DNA of 64,000 nucleotides from Candidatus Micrarchaeum sp. (GTDB lineage Archaea > Micrarchaeota > Micrarchaeia > CABMEP01): the NCBI GenBank assembly GCA_020723065.1, contig DYJP01000003.1:195-64194 (forward strand), written 5' to 3'. The notes beneath the pieces are model-generated. The model ran no database searches. It saw only the letters and a program-made list of their open reading frames with translations, and was not told the origin of the DNA. Shown in pieces: positions 19,292 through 29,189 of the stretch (its first letter is position 1; the number at the start of each line of letters is the position of its first letter). Made by a program: the position numbers and the translations under genes.

Positions 19292-19790
19292 ATATATTCA
19301 CCTTGAATTTTTCTTTGAGGAATTGCTCTGTCTCCTCAGGTGTAACTTTGTGAGTTGGCCTTATTTTAGACGGAAGTCTCCTTCTCAGGCTTACTCTCCT
19401 TCCTGGCCTTGTTATCGTTGCACAAACATCGAATCCGACAATACCTATTGTCGGATCGTATTTCATCCCCGGAAAATCAATGTACTCCTTTATTCCGAAT
19501 GCAAAATTTCCATCTCTGTCTATTGAGCGCTTGTTGAGCCTGTAATCAACTGCATTGAACGCATTGTTGAGAAACGTCTCTGCTGTCTTTCCTCTCAATG
19601 TAACCTTGACACCAATCGTTTCTCCCTTTTTAATTCCGAAAGACTGAACTCTCTTCCTTGCCTTAGTCATTGCTGCAGTCTTTCCTGTAATCTTCTCGAG
19701 AATTGTTTTTGCTTTCTTAAGTCGCTCTCCGGATTCTCCCGCACCTATGTTTACAGTAACCTTTTCAAGTTTCAATTCACGCATGTTCAT
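19284..19790 (-). CDS. rpl5: 50S ribosomal protein uL5
   Basis: KVTVNIGAGESG, FGIKEYIDFPG.KYDP. Confidence 0.96.
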   Translation of the reverse strand: MNMRELKLEKVTVNIGAGESGERLKKAKTILEKITGKTAAMTKARKRVQSFGIKKGETIGVKVTLRGKTAETFLNNAFNAVDYRLNKRSIDRDGNFAFGIKEYIDFPGMKYDPTIGIVGFDVCATITRPGRRVSLRRRLPSKIRPTHKVTPEETEQFLKEKFKVNIYE

Positions 19791-19836
19791 AATAATCACT
19801 TCACGGACATTTGTCCTTTCATAACAAACTATAAGA

Positions 19837-20523
19837 TTATATGAAACCCTCCTTCACCGGAAATAGATATTCTTTCAAGGTGATTGCTGGTTTTCCATCT
19901 TCAAGCTCTCCATGGATTTCGCTCTTCCTTGTCGCTGATCCATCAATTATCTCGCTGACCTTGATTAGACTTCCGACTTTCTTCCCTCCTATTAAGAAAC
20001 AAAGCGCGTTCTTCTGGAGCGCGATCTTACCAATAGCCTTTCCTTCTGGAATCGAGACCTCTACAGTGTCTCCAGGCTTTGCGTCGAATCCAATGATGTT
20101 CTTTCCGTCATGGAGAGTGAGTTGCATCTTTCCGCCCTTAATCTTCATCTTATTGACAACCTTGCAAAGCTTGACTGAAGGCTTGGATGTCGACTTGAAA
20201 ACTATCCTTCCTTTCTGGTCAAATACCGCCCTCCAGCTTTCCTTGTCAACTGTAATAACATCCATGAATCCTACTGGATCTTTCTCTTCTGTTTTAGGAA
20301 CTCCATCGATTAAAACCTTCCTTGTATTAAGGATATGCTTTGCCTCCTTTGCTGTCTTAGCGAAGCCCAAACTGATGATTGCATGCACAAGTGAGATAGA
20401 CTTAAACTTGGAATGTCTTCCAGGTAACGGGTTGATCACCCATGTTAGCTCCTTTCTCGGCATGCCAAAAGACTTCGGCATTGCAATTCTTTTCATATGT
20501 TTTGTTCCACTTTTTTTCGCCAT
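19837..20523 (-). CDS. rps4e: 30S ribosomal protein eS4
   Basis: HMKRIAMP, PGRH, PVGFMDVI, LTLHDGKN. Confidence 0.95.
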   Translation of the reverse strand: MAKKSGTKHMKRIAMPKSFGMPRKELTWVINPLPGRHSKFKSISLVHAIISLGFAKTAKEAKHILNTRKVLIDGVPKTEEKDPVGFMDVITVDKESWRAVFDQKGRIVFKSTSKPSVKLCKVVNKMKIKGGKMQLTLHDGKNIIGFDAKPGDTVEVSIPEGKAIGKIALQKNALCFLIGGKKVGSLIKVSEIIDGSATRKSEIHGELEDGKPAITLKEYLFPVKEGFI

Positions 20524-20582
20524 AAAAATCACTTGTTTTGAAATTCAATTCATAATCACGATACAAACCACTGTTATCCTAT

Positions 20583-20861
20583 TCAATTAATTCCGATCTC
20601 CTTCTTCACAACCGAATACGAATTTGACGCCGGTTCAAAGAACTTCCTACTTACAAAGAGAAGTTTCCTTCCCTTTACATCATTCGAAAAATCCTGGTTT
20701 TTCAAAATGTATCTCTTAAACAGCCTTTCCTCTATTATGAAACCATTAAATTTTCTATATGCACTTGCGTCTATCGATGTTGCAGAAACCTTTGCTTTCG
20801 GCCCGGAGATCCTGCTCCTGAGGTTCTCCATGTTCCTGACGCGCTCTCTAATTATTCCCAT
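20583..20861 (-). CDS. Hypothetical basic protein inserted between uL24 and eS4
   Basis: 92 aa ORF with AGGTG SD, co-oriented, fills the gap in the operon; no family recognised. Confidence 0.55.
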   Translation of the reverse strand: MGIIRERVRNMENLRSRISGPKAKVSATSIDASAYRKFNGFIIEERLFKRYILKNQDFSNDVKGRKLLFVSRKFFEPASNSYSVVKKEIGIN

Positions 20862-20876
20862 TACCAACACCTGAAA

Positions 20877-21203
20877 TTACTTTCTCTCCGTCATCTCCAC
20901 TATCATAACGTTGGAAGGCTCGATCGGGACAAAAACTTCCTTTCCGTTCATCTTCTTCTGGGTCATTCCCTCTACGAAGATCTTTGCAAGCGAAAGGTCT
21001 ACCTTGGTGACCTTTCCTTCCTTGCCCTTAAACTTTCCCCTAAGGACCTTGACTTTGTCTCCCTTCTTTATCTGCACCGCTCTCTTCTTAGTTTTCTCTC
21101 TGAGCTCCTTGCTCAAGTGAACGTGCACAAAATGCTTCCTTAAATGTAATGGTGCGGTGAACCTGAATTTTCTCTGGGTTCTTGGCTTAATCGATTTCAT
21201 CAT
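20877..21203 (-). CDS. rpl24: 50S ribosomal protein uL24
   Basis: [26 protein letters not shown]. Confidence 0.96.
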   Translation of the reverse strand: MMKSIKPRTQRKFRFTAPLHLRKHFVHVHLSKELREKTKKRAVQIKKGDKVKVLRGKFKGKEGKVTKVDLSLAKIFVEGMTQKKMNGKEVFVPIEPSNVMIVEMTERK

Positions 21204-21225
21204 ATGAACACCTATAATTATTAGA

Positions 21226-21624
21226 TTATATGATTGACCAGGCAATTCCTGCTACCTTCGGGTATCGATCCACAATTTCTCTCGCGACTACCCCCTTGAT
21301 TTCGGTTCCCTTCGGAAGGCCTGCATCGTCTATGAGGGCGCATGCATTGTCCTCAAACATGATTCTCATTCCATTCGCCCTTCTGAACGGCTTTCTCTGC
21401 CTTATTATGAGGGCCTTCTCCACCTTCTTGATCATCTGTGGGGAACCCTTCTTGACTACAACTATTGCCACGTCGCCGATTCCTACGCTCGGCAACCTGT
21501 TCCTCTTTGTCGGAGCCTTGAGCATACCCATAATCTGAACCACCTTAGCGCCGCTGTTGTCGTCGCAATTGATGACCGCGCCTACTGGCAATGATCTTGG
21601 AACTTTTGATTGCAGTGCCTTCAT
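21226..21624 (-). CDS. rpl14: 50S ribosomal protein uL14
   Basis: [22 protein letters not shown]. Confidence 0.96.
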   Translation of the reverse strand: MKALQSKVPRSLPVGAVINCDDNSGAKVVQIMGMLKAPTKRNRLPSVGIGDVAIVVVKKGSPQMIKKVEKALIIRQRKPFRRANGMRIMFEDNACALIDDAGLPKGTEIKGVVAREIVDRYPKVAGIAWSII

Positions 21625-21649
21625 AAATTTCACCCATATATAATGAATA

Positions 21650-21967
21650 TTACTCCTTTCTATCTGTCTTCTTCACGATCTCGGTAACAGTCCATGTCTT
21701 TGTCCTGCTGAGCTTTCTGCACTCACCAATCTTGACCTTATCTCCTACTTGTGCATTTATACACGACGGGTTGTGGGCCGCATATCGAGATCTCGTCTTA
21801 GCGTATCTCTTGTATTTTGTAAGATAAATGAGCCTCGGTCTCTCGACTATTGCAGTCTTCTTCGCCTTTGTGCTTACGACTGTGCCGATTAAGACCTGTC
21901 CCCTAACTTTAACGTTTCCATGAATGAAACATTTTGGATCCCCACAATTTTCGTTTGTCTTTACCAT
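21650..21967 (-). CDS. rps17: 30S ribosomal protein uS17
   Basis: DPKCFIHG.VKVRG, KYKRY, GECRKLS. Confidence 0.96.
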   Translation of the reverse strand: MVKTNENCGDPKCFIHGNVKVRGQVLIGTVVSTKAKKTAIVERPRLIYLTKYKRYAKTRSRYAAHNPSCINAQVGDKVKIGECRKLSRTKTWTVTEIVKKTDRKE

Positions 21968-22003
21968 TCAATCAACCATTTTAAGCATATTAGCTTGAAT
22001 TTA

Positions 22004-22294
22004 TTATTCCAACCTTATCTTTTTCGGACGTTCTTCGGGAAGATATAAAATCTTCGACCCCTCTACTTCGATGCGCTCGCTTCCTTTCTTGAAGAGGAAT
22101 GTCGCGCCCTTCTTGGGGACTGTCACTTCCTTTCCGTCCTTTTTCTCTATCCTGAAGGTGTTCCTGGTCTCGTCCACAACGAGCCCGGAAATACCGATCC
22201 GTTCCGGAGAGCCGCTGTTCTTCACAGATACTTCCAGACCGATATATTCGATCATGTACTTCTCATTGCCCTTGTATATTTTCGGTACCATCAC
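22004..22294 (-). CDS. rnp1: Ribonuclease P protein subunit Rpp29/Pop4
   Basis: EYIGLEV, GLVVDETRNT, VPK, PEER; conserved position. Confidence 0.92.
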   Translation of the reverse strand: MMVPKIYKGNEKYMIEYIGLEVSVKNSGSPERIGISGLVVDETRNTFRIEKKDGKEVTVPKKGATFLFKKGSERIEVEGSKILYLPEERPKKIRLE

Positions 22295-22311
22295 ACCAAC
22301 ATTATCATGAT

Positions 22312-22674
22312 TTATCTCTTCGTCACGAAGATGTTCTCTTCCGGATATCCGATGGACACGAGAAGCTTCTTTATCTTCGTTCCATGATCTCCCTGCAGAA
22401 TGATCTGGTCATCCTTCACAGTTCCTCCGCATGCGAGCGACTGTTTGAGCTGCTTTCCAACCCGCTCGATTGAATTCTTCTCAACTCCATTGATCACAGT
22501 CACCCATTTCCTGAATTTTGCTTTTGTTATGGTAACCTTGATCTTCTGCGCGGTTTCCTTTTCCAATGCCACGCACGAGCATAAGTCTTTCGGGAGTCCG
22601 CATCCGGAACATATGTCTCCGATCAGTTTGTGCATCCCGCACGTGGGGCATATATTGTCAACCGTTTTTTCCAC
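22312..22674 (-). CDS. Translation initiation factor aIF1 (SUI1 family)
   Basis: CSGCGLPKDLC, LKQSLACGGTVKD, LQGDH. Confidence 0.93.
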   Translation of the reverse strand: MEKTVDNICPTCGMHKLIGDICSGCGLPKDLCSCVALEKETAQKIKVTITKAKFRKWVTVINGVEKNSIERVGKQLKQSLACGGTVKDDQIILQGDHGTKIKKLLVSIGYPEENIFVTKR

Positions 22675-22700
22675 CTTTTTTTAATTTCATCCCAGCAAAA

Positions 22701-22961
22701 TCAATTTGACTTTGGCTGTTTTGCGGGCTTAGCTTTTGCCTTCGGTGCTTCCTTCTTGGAGACCAAATCGAGCTGCTTTGCCCTTATGAACGTGTTCATT
22801 CTCGCGATAGTCTTCCTTATTGTCCTTATCTTGCCGTAGTTTCTTGACTTTCCTCCGGCTGAAGACTTTGTGCTGTACTCTACGCTGAGCTCTCTCTCAA
22901 GATCCTTGATCTTAGAGCTCATTTCTTCAGGAGTCATGCTGCGAATATCTTTTACCTTCAT
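22701..22961 (-). CDS. rpl29: 50S ribosomal protein uL29
   Basis: MKVKDIRSM, IRKTIARMNT. Confidence 0.93.
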   Translation of the reverse strand: MKVKDIRSMTPEEMSSKIKDLERELSVEYSTKSSAGGKSRNYGKIRTIRKTIARMNTFIRAKQLDLVSKKEAPKAKAKPAKQPKSN

Positions 22962-22988
22962 AATATCACTTTGATCGATTTAGAATCA

Positions 22989-23693
22989 TTACTTCCTTCT
23001 TCTCGGAGCCCTCTCCGGCTTCTTCTCCTCTTGTGCTACCGGGACTTCCTCATTATATTCCTTCTTCTCCTCTGAGTACTTCAAGACGTTCGGAAGCGTC
23101 ACTTGCTTCGCAATCTTATCTGGGAAGACTGCTGTCGGAGGTGCAATGGAGACTCTTACGTTAATTGCTCCGTACTTCGGTCTTGCAGTCACCTGGGCCT
23201 TCCTTATCTGCCTAACGACCTCTCCGGCTTTCGGCAGGTATCCCCATGCGACACGCATGCTCCTTGCCTTGGCGCCCTTCGCTGCGATCTTTCCACCTAC
23301 GACTATTTCTGCGCCAAGAGCTCCTGCGTCAATTATCCTCTTGAGAGATGAATGTATAAGCGCCCTGAGCGGCTTGCCTGACTCGATGTTCTTCGCTATC
23401 GAGTATGCTATGAGGCGCGGCTCGAGGTCTATCTTCTCGACTGGAACGACTGCTATCTGCGGGTCGTTGACCTTGAATTCCTGCTGGATTGAATCAGTAA
23501 GGAACTTTATAGACTTTCCCTTCTTTCCTATAAGCCTCCCAGGGTTCGCAACCTCAACAGTTATCCTTGTGACCATTGGGGTCCGCTGGATTGTGACGTT
23601 ACTGAATCCGACCCGCTCGAGCTTCTCCTTTAGAAAGTTAGCGATCTGGTATCTTGTAACAGAATCCTCAATGAATTTTCTCTCGATTGCCAT
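22989..23693 (-). CDS. rps3: 30S ribosomal protein uS3
   Basis: MAIERKFI, PGRLIGKKG, GALGAEI. Confidence 0.96.
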   Translation of the reverse strand: MAIERKFIEDSVTRYQIANFLKEKLERVGFSNVTIQRTPMVTRITVEVANPGRLIGKKGKSIKFLTDSIQQEFKVNDPQIAVVPVEKIDLEPRLIAYSIAKNIESGKPLRALIHSSLKRIIDAGALGAEIVVGGKIAAKGAKARSMRVAWGYLPKAGEVVRQIRKAQVTARPKYGAINVRVSIAPPTAVFPDKIAKQVTLPNVLKYSEEKKEYNEEVPVAQEEKKPERAPRRRK

Positions 23694-23719
23694 TTAATCA
23701 CTCCATTATGAAAATATGC

Positions 23720-24388
23720 CTACTCTTTCTTCTCCTCTGCGGGCTTCGCCTTCTTAGGCTTTGAAACCTTCGGCTTTTCTGCTTCGATAAGCTTGGCTTC
23801 CTTCGCCTCCTTGACGACCTCCTCGGTCTTCTCGTCGACTGTCGCTTCGATCTTCTTTGTCATCTCAGCTGCCTCGGCCTTGACCTTCGCGTTGTGCTGG
23901 ATCTTTTCCTTCTGTTGTTTAAGAAGCTCCGCATTCTCTTCGCCTGCGAGTATGATCTCCACTCTTGCCGTCTCGTAGTTGGCTCTCATCTGCCTTCCCT
24001 TGGACTGCAATCTCGGATAAACAGTCTGCTTGTTGGCTGCGGAATGTATTATCACCAGGTTGTCAAGTCCCTTTCCTGTCGCATTTGCGATTGCATTATT
24101 AAGGACCCCTAAAACGAACTTGGCTGCCTTGACCGGATATCTTCCTTTCCTACCATTAAGCTCCTTCCTGTGACCGAGATGCCTGTTCCATCTCCTATAC
24201 TGAACAGGAAACCCTTCAAGGACTGCATTAAGATAGTCAACACCCTCCTGCGCCGGCATATCTCTTATATTGTCGCACACCGCACAAAGATCCTTGTAAG
24301 ATGCGTCGATGTTATACTGCTGCGCCTTCGCAGTCTGCTTCTCGCTATATTGCGATTTCTTGTTGAAACCATACTGATATTGAGCCAT
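23720..24388 (-). CDS. rpl22: 50S ribosomal protein uL22 with K/E/A-rich C-terminal tail
   Basis: GRYPVKAA, NAIANA..KGL. Confidence 0.94.
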   Translation of the reverse strand: MAQYQYGFNKKSQYSEKQTAKAQQYNIDASYKDLCAVCDNIRDMPAQEGVDYLNAVLEGFPVQYRRWNRHLGHRKELNGRKGRYPVKAAKFVLGVLNNAIANATGKGLDNLVIIHSAANKQTVYPRLQSKGRQMRANYETARVEIILAGEENAELLKQQKEKIQHNAKVKAEAAEMTKKIEATVDEKTEEVVKEAKEAKLIEAEKPKVSKPKKAKPAEEKKE

Positions 24389-24438
24389 AAAAACACCATC
24401 TCATTAAACACAAATACAAAGGATTCGACTGGCGCAAA

Positions 24439-24822
24439 TCACTTGAGCGCCACCGCCTTTGAACCTCTTGTAGCTCCGATACCTGGACCACTGTGAAGAA
24501 CTCTTCCTGTCGTGTGAACGAAATCACCTAATCGGAATCCCACCATGTCAGGCTGAATTACAAGCTGCTTGAACTCTTTTCCTCCATGAACCATGAACTT
24601 CATACCAATCCACTGCGGAAGTATGACTGCCTCTCTAATATGGGTCTTCACTACCTTTGAAGTACCTACCTTCTTGACCTTGAGCAAAAGCTTCTTGTAG
24701 TCCACAGGCATTCTCTTAATGTATCTTCTTGCCCTGGACTCGATCAAATCTGCAAACTCATCAGTAGACATAGCCTGAAGATCCTCGATTGATTTTCCAC
24801 GGAATATAAACTTTCTCGCCAT
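24439..24822 (-). CDS. rps19: 30S ribosomal protein uS19
   Basis: FRGKSIEDL, KTHIRE, HSGPGIGATRGS. Confidence 0.96.
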   Translation of the reverse strand: MARKFIFRGKSIEDLQAMSTDEFADLIESRARRYIKRMPVDYKKLLLKVKKVGTSKVVKTHIREAVILPQWIGMKFMVHGGKEFKQLVIQPDMVGFRLGDFVHTTGRVLHSGPGIGATRGSKAVALK

Positions 24823-24872
24823 TCAATCACTCCAAATACATAATCAATAATGAATATACTAAATATTCTAGG

Positions 24873-25610
24873 TTATACTCTCTTTCTCCTCTTGCCCCTT
24901 CCCACGGAAGCTGCTGCAAGAAGTCCGACCTTCCTTCCCGGCGACGCATTTCTTGCGACGATAGTAGAACGACCAGAGTGGTGCTGCTTACCACCAAACG
25001 GATGATCGTACACAGACATTGCAACCCCCCTAACTTTCGGCCAGTATCTCGCAGTTGAAGAAACCATGTGATACTTCTTTCCTGCCTTGAAGATTGGCCT
25101 TATAAGCCTTCCTCCGACGGAAATAAGACCGAGTTGCGCTCTGCAATTAGCATCGAATATTTTTACCTTCTTTGAAGGCAATGAAACATAAACTTCATTT
25201 TCTGTATGTGAAATGATGGTCGCAGAATTTCCTGCAGATCTTACCATCTTTCCTCCGTCACCCGGAACTAGCTCGATGTTGTAAACCAACATTCCGTCTG
25301 GTATCTTCGAAAGCGGAAGTACATTTCCGAGTTTTATCCCTGCCGCGGCTCCGAATTCTATCTCATCACCTATAGCAATTCCTTCCGGAGCAAGCATGGA
25401 AATGAGATTTCCATTCTCATCTTTAACATTCATGAGCAATCCGCTGTGAGCTGGATTGTTGAAAAACTTAACGACTGTTCCCTTGACCGCCGCTGTCTTC
25501 TCCTTCTCATCGTAATTTCTAAATCCAACTTTTGCGCTAAATTTGTGAGATGGTGCAGTGAATGCCGGAGAACCTTTTCCTCTTCTCTGTTGATTAAGCA
25601 TTTTTCCCAT
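24873..25610 (-). CDS. rpl2: 50S ribosomal protein uL2
   Basis: QRRGKGSP, PGDGGK.VRSAG, VRGVAM..DHPFGG. Confidence 0.97.
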   Translation of the reverse strand: MGKMLNQQRRGKGSPAFTAPSHKFSAKVGFRNYDEKEKTAAVKGTVVKFFNNPAHSGLLMNVKDENGNLISMLAPEGIAIGDEIEFGAAAGIKLGNVLPLSKIPDGMLVYNIELVPGDGGKMVRSAGNSATIISHTENEVYVSLPSKKVKIFDANCRAQLGLISVGGRLIRPIFKAGKKYHMVSSTARYWPKVRGVAMSVYDHPFGGKQHHSGRSTIVARNASPGRKVGLLAAASVGRGKRRKRV

Positions 25611-25642
25611 AAAAACACCCTATAATCATTCATTAAAATAGA

Positions 25643-25888
25643 TTACAATACCTTTAATTTGGAAGCAAGATCCATTGCTGAGAACTCTTTCTTGAGCTTG
25701 ACGTAGACGATCTTCTTGTTCTGGAAATTGTTCATCACGTTAACTGAATCAATTTTAACCTTATACTCATCCTCTATAAACTTCTTAATCGTCTGCTTAG
25801 TCTGGCTGCTGTCAACCTGGAACAGGATCGTATTGTTCTTAGAGATCTGGTTTATCGCTTTTTCAGTTGTAACAGGATAAATTATCAT
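25643..25888 (-). CDS. rpl23: 50S ribosomal protein uL23
   Basis: YPVTTEKA, position between uL4 and uL2. Confidence 0.93.
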   Translation of the reverse strand: MIIYPVTTEKAINQISKNNTILFQVDSSQTKQTIKKFIEDEYKVKIDSVNVMNNFQNKKIVYVKLKKEFSAMDLASKLKVL

Positions 25889-25911
25889 ATCATTCACCTA
25901 CATAATCTAAA

Positions 25912-26691
25912 TCAAATCTTGCTCACATTCTCAATCGCAGATTTTGTCCAGACTGTAAGCCTGCCCGGAACTCCTCCTGGCGCAAAATCGGAAACCTTCA
26001 TGGAATCCAAGGTAACTACACTGACCCCTGGAAGGTTCCTTGCGGCCTTCATTATCGGAGTCTGTTTTGCAGAGACAATAAGTATAGATCTTGGAGTCTT
26101 CGTTCCTCCGGTTCTACTGTACTTTTTCTTCCTTCCGCTCTTCGCCCTCTCAATATCCTTTGTGAGACTGAGCTTGTCGAAAAGCTTGACTATATCCTTT
26201 GTCTTAGACATTGATGAGCATGAATCGTCAAGCACTATCGGAATCTCTATCTTCGGAAGGACGTGCTTCTTTCCTACTATTTCCTTCTTCGCTGTTGCCG
26301 CGATTGCGGAGAACATTGCTTTCTTCTTCTCTCTCTTGTTTATTCTTTCGATAAGTATTTTCTGCACTTTCGGCGGATGAGCCCTTCTACCCTTAACTGC
26401 CCACGGAACATGTCTTACTCTCCCAATTCTTCCCTTCGGGAAAAGCTCTCTTGGAAGCTTGGCACCTCCTCGATTTTTCAGAGAATGGTAAGCTTCCTTT
26501 CTACCTATGTACCTTGCAGTTGTCTGCATGCCTGCTCTGGGGAAAATACCCTTCGGCTGAAGCGTCTCTGTCTGTTCAGACAAGACTGCCCTTCTTATAA
26601 GGTCTTCTCTTACTTCATTCTCGAAAACTTTCGGCAATTCGATCTTACTCACCGGGGAGCCTTCAGAAGAATACAACGATACATTTGTCAT
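25912..26691 (-). CDS. rpl4: 50S ribosomal protein uL4
   Basis: REDLIRRAV, GRRAHPPK, APGGVPGRLTVWT. Confidence 0.96.
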   Translation of the reverse strand: MTNVSLYSSEGSPVSKIELPKVFENEVREDLIRRAVLSEQTETLQPKGIFPRAGMQTTARYIGRKEAYHSLKNRGGAKLPRELFPKGRIGRVRHVPWAVKGRRAHPPKVQKILIERINKREKKKAMFSAIAATAKKEIVGKKHVLPKIEIPIVLDDSCSSMSKTKDIVKLFDKLSLTKDIERAKSGRKKKYSRTGGTKTPRSILIVSAKQTPIMKAARNLPGVSVVTLDSMKVSDFAPGGVPGRLTVWTKSAIENVSKI

Positions 26692-26713
26692 ATTATCACA
26701 ACCTATTCATCTC

Positions 26714-27709
26714 TTAGAACCAAAGCAGCTGCGGCTTCTGTACGCTTGAGTTTCTGAGCGCCTTCCTAAGGAAAACAAATCTCTTCTGTGTTCCCGGAAC
26801 AGAGCCCTTCACGCAAAGGAAGGAAGTCTTTACATCTCCATAATGTGGGTATCCACCTGGAATGTTTGCCTTCTTTGGATCTTCACCTATAATTAATATC
26901 CTGTTGTTGTACTGCGTTCTCCTGTGGAATCCATGCTGGCCCGCCATAGGAACTGTGTACATGACATAGTGGGGGGTCCATGGACCCAATGTACCTAGGT
27001 GCCTTACTCTTCCGGTCGCCTTTGGTCTCTGCTTGTGAATTCCGTGCCTTCGTACAACTCCCTGCCATCCGTGACCTCTTGTCACTGCAACGGCGTCAAC
27101 ATACTCTCCCTCCTCGAAAATCTCTTTAGGAGACACTTCCTTTCCGAGTATAGTCTTCACGTATTCGAGCTGCTTACCGATCTCGTCGCCACCAACTGCG
27201 ATCTCAACCACATCTGCTGTCTTCTTCGGCAGACCTGCTTCTGATGCATTGGTGTACGCCAAAACCGACAAGTATAAATCTGATTTTGCATCATCCTTAA
27301 AGGATGATATCTTCTCTTCGAGCCACTTGATGTCCTTGGTCTCCTTCTTCTCTCCATCCTTCTTTTCTTTCTTCATTCCGAGGATTGATGCAACCTTTGA
27401 TGAAACAGAAAGTGCGTCGCCGATGCATTTTCTTCCGATGAGTGTCTTCTTGTAGAGCCTCGCTCCGAAGACTGAAATCTTCGGCGCCTCCAATATAGTT
27501 ACTGGAACAGTAAGCTCCATACCCTTTGTCGCTGACTGAGAGTCATCTATCATTCCCGCCTGTCTCATTCCAACTTTATAAACCGGATAGCCCAACAGCT
27601 GGACCTTCTCAGTGGATCTCCATGTGGAGATGCGCGGCGTCAAATCGCGTGAACGCTTTCTCGGTTTGAATGCAAGAGAACCTGCTCTTGGCTTAAGAAC
27701 TTTTCCCAT
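26714..27709 (-). CDS. rpl3: 50S ribosomal protein uL3
   Basis: PRAGSLAFKPRKR, GHGWQGVVRR, AGQHGFHRRT, KGSVPG. Confidence 0.97.
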   Translation of the reverse strand: MGKVLKPRAGSLAFKPRKRSRDLTPRISTWRSTEKVQLLGYPVYKVGMRQAGMIDDSQSATKGMELTVPVTILEAPKISVFGARLYKKTLIGRKCIGDALSVSSKVASILGMKKEKKDGEKKETKDIKWLEEKISSFKDDAKSDLYLSVLAYTNASEAGLPKKTADVVEIAVGGDEIGKQLEYVKTILGKEVSPKEIFEEGEYVDAVAVTRGHGWQGVVRRHGIHKQRPKATGRVRHLGTLGPWTPHYVMYTVPMAGQHGFHRRTQYNNRILIIGEDPKKANIPGGYPHYGDVKTSFLCVKGSVPGTQKRFVFLRKALRNSSVQKPQLLWF

Positions 27710-27739
27710 CGATCATCACTTTTTATAATTTATGAACAT

Positions 27740-27935
27740 TAAAATTTTCGACGTAAAAACGCCGAACGTTTTCCGATTTTTTTGAAAATTTGTGAAGGCG
27801 TTAAATGACTAAATATGAACTACGTATTTGGCTTCACTTGCGCGGTAGTGCACACGTCGTGCAGTATACCTGTCAGCATGCGCTGAGTCTCTCGTGTTAA
27901 CGAAGCACAGAGACCGCTATTACTTGCCGGGATCC
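27740..27935 (-). ncRNA. Candidate structured 5' leader RNA of the uL3 operon
   Basis: GC-rich noncoding block with three abutting hairpins (27844-27870, 27873-27886, 27887-27914); TATA-like TTATAAATA upstream at about 27972-27980. Confidence 0.5.
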
Positions 27936-28086
27936 GATTTCAAAAAAATCGTAATAATATAATATATTGTATATTTATAAACATTGCTGTGGCTCCGTTT
28001 CCATAATATCAAATTTAAAAAATGTCGTTTATATTTGCTTTTAGACAAATAAACTATTAAGATATTCGACAATGCAAGGTGAACAT

Positions 28087-28689
28087 ATGGAAAAGACGAT
28101 AGAAAATTTGGCAAAGGCATTTGCAGGAGAAAGCCAAGCAAGAAACAGATATACGATGTATTCAAAGATTGCAAAGAAGGAAGGATACGAGCAAATCGCA
28201 GAAATATTCCTTGTCACCGCAGACAATGAAAGAGAACATGCAAGCTGGTTTTTCAAGCTTATCAACCAGCTCAAGCAGAAAGCAAAGGACAGAGGAGAGG
28301 ACGTTTCTGAATACGAACAAATACAGATAGAAGATATTGTACCTACGATCTACGGCAGTACGATTGAAAACCTCAAGGCGGCGATAGCAGGGGAGAACTA
28401 CGAACACAGCAAGCTCTATCCCGAATTCGCGGATCTGGCGGAAAAGGAAGGCCTTGAGGAAATAGCGACCAGGATAAGATTCATCGCAAAGGCCGAAACT
28501 CACCACGAAGAAAGGTATAAAAAGCTACTCGAACAACTCGAGAATGGAATGTTCTTCAAAAAATCTGAAGAGGTGTGGTGGGTTTGCAGGGAATGCGGAT
28601 ATGTGCATTTCGGAAAATTCCCGCCTGAAAAATGCCCATCCTGCGACCACGTGAAGGCGTACTATCAGCTGAAATGCGAAGAATACTGA
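28087..28689 (+). CDS. rbr: Rubrerythrin
   Basis: AFAGESQARNRY, EREHA, ETHHE, C-terminal CRECG...CPSC. Confidence 0.96.
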   Translation: MEKTIENLAKAFAGESQARNRYTMYSKIAKKEGYEQIAEIFLVTADNEREHASWFFKLINQLKQKAKDRGEDVSEYEQIQIEDIVPTIYGSTIENLKAAIAGENYEHSKLYPEFADLAEKEGLEEIATRIRFIAKAETHHEERYKKLLEQLENGMFFKKSEEVWWVCRECGYVHFGKFPPEKCPSCDHVKAYYQLKCEEY

Positions 28690-28727
28690 AAAACGAAAAG
28701 AAATGAAAAATAATGAATGGTGAATAT

Positions 28728-29108
28728 ATGACGAAACTGAACGAAATCTACAGATGTGAAATATGCGGAAATATTGTCGAACTCGCCCATCCTGGAGTCG
28801 GACAGCTTATCTGTTGCGGAGAACACATGAAACTCCTCGAAGCGAAAACGCAGGATGAAGGATCCGAAAAACACGTTCCAGTAATTGAAAGGATCGAAGG
28901 CGGATTCAAGGTCAAGATAGGCTCTGTGCCACACCCGATGGAAGACAGACACTACATAGAATTCATAGAGGTTCTTGCGGACGACAAAGTCTACAGAAGA
29001 TATCTCAAGCCAGGGCAGACTCCTGAAGCAGAATTCAAGCTTGTCGCAGACAGGCTCACTGTAAGGGAATACTGCAACGTGCACGGGTTGTGGAAAAAAG
29101 AACAATAA
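28728..29108 (+). CDS. dfx: Desulfoferrodoxin (2Fe superoxide reductase)
   Basis: CEICGN...CCG, EKHVP, HPM..RHYI, CNVHGLW. Confidence 0.96.
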   Translation: MTKLNEIYRCEICGNIVELAHPGVGQLICCGEHMKLLEAKTQDEGSEKHVPVIERIEGGFKVKIGSVPHPMEDRHYIEFIEVLADDKVYRRYLKPGQTPEAEFKLVADRLTVREYCNVHGLWKKEQ

Positions 29109-29189
29109 ATAGCTAAATGAACAAACAGATTAAAAAAACTAAAAAAATCAAAACTAATTTATTTCTTTTTTATTTTCTTATTTTCATTC

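Noticed and set aside
13159..26757. Long + strand ORFs opposite secY and r-protein genes (e.g. 13159-14025, 19841-20590)
   Set aside because: Antisense shadows with no motifs of their own.
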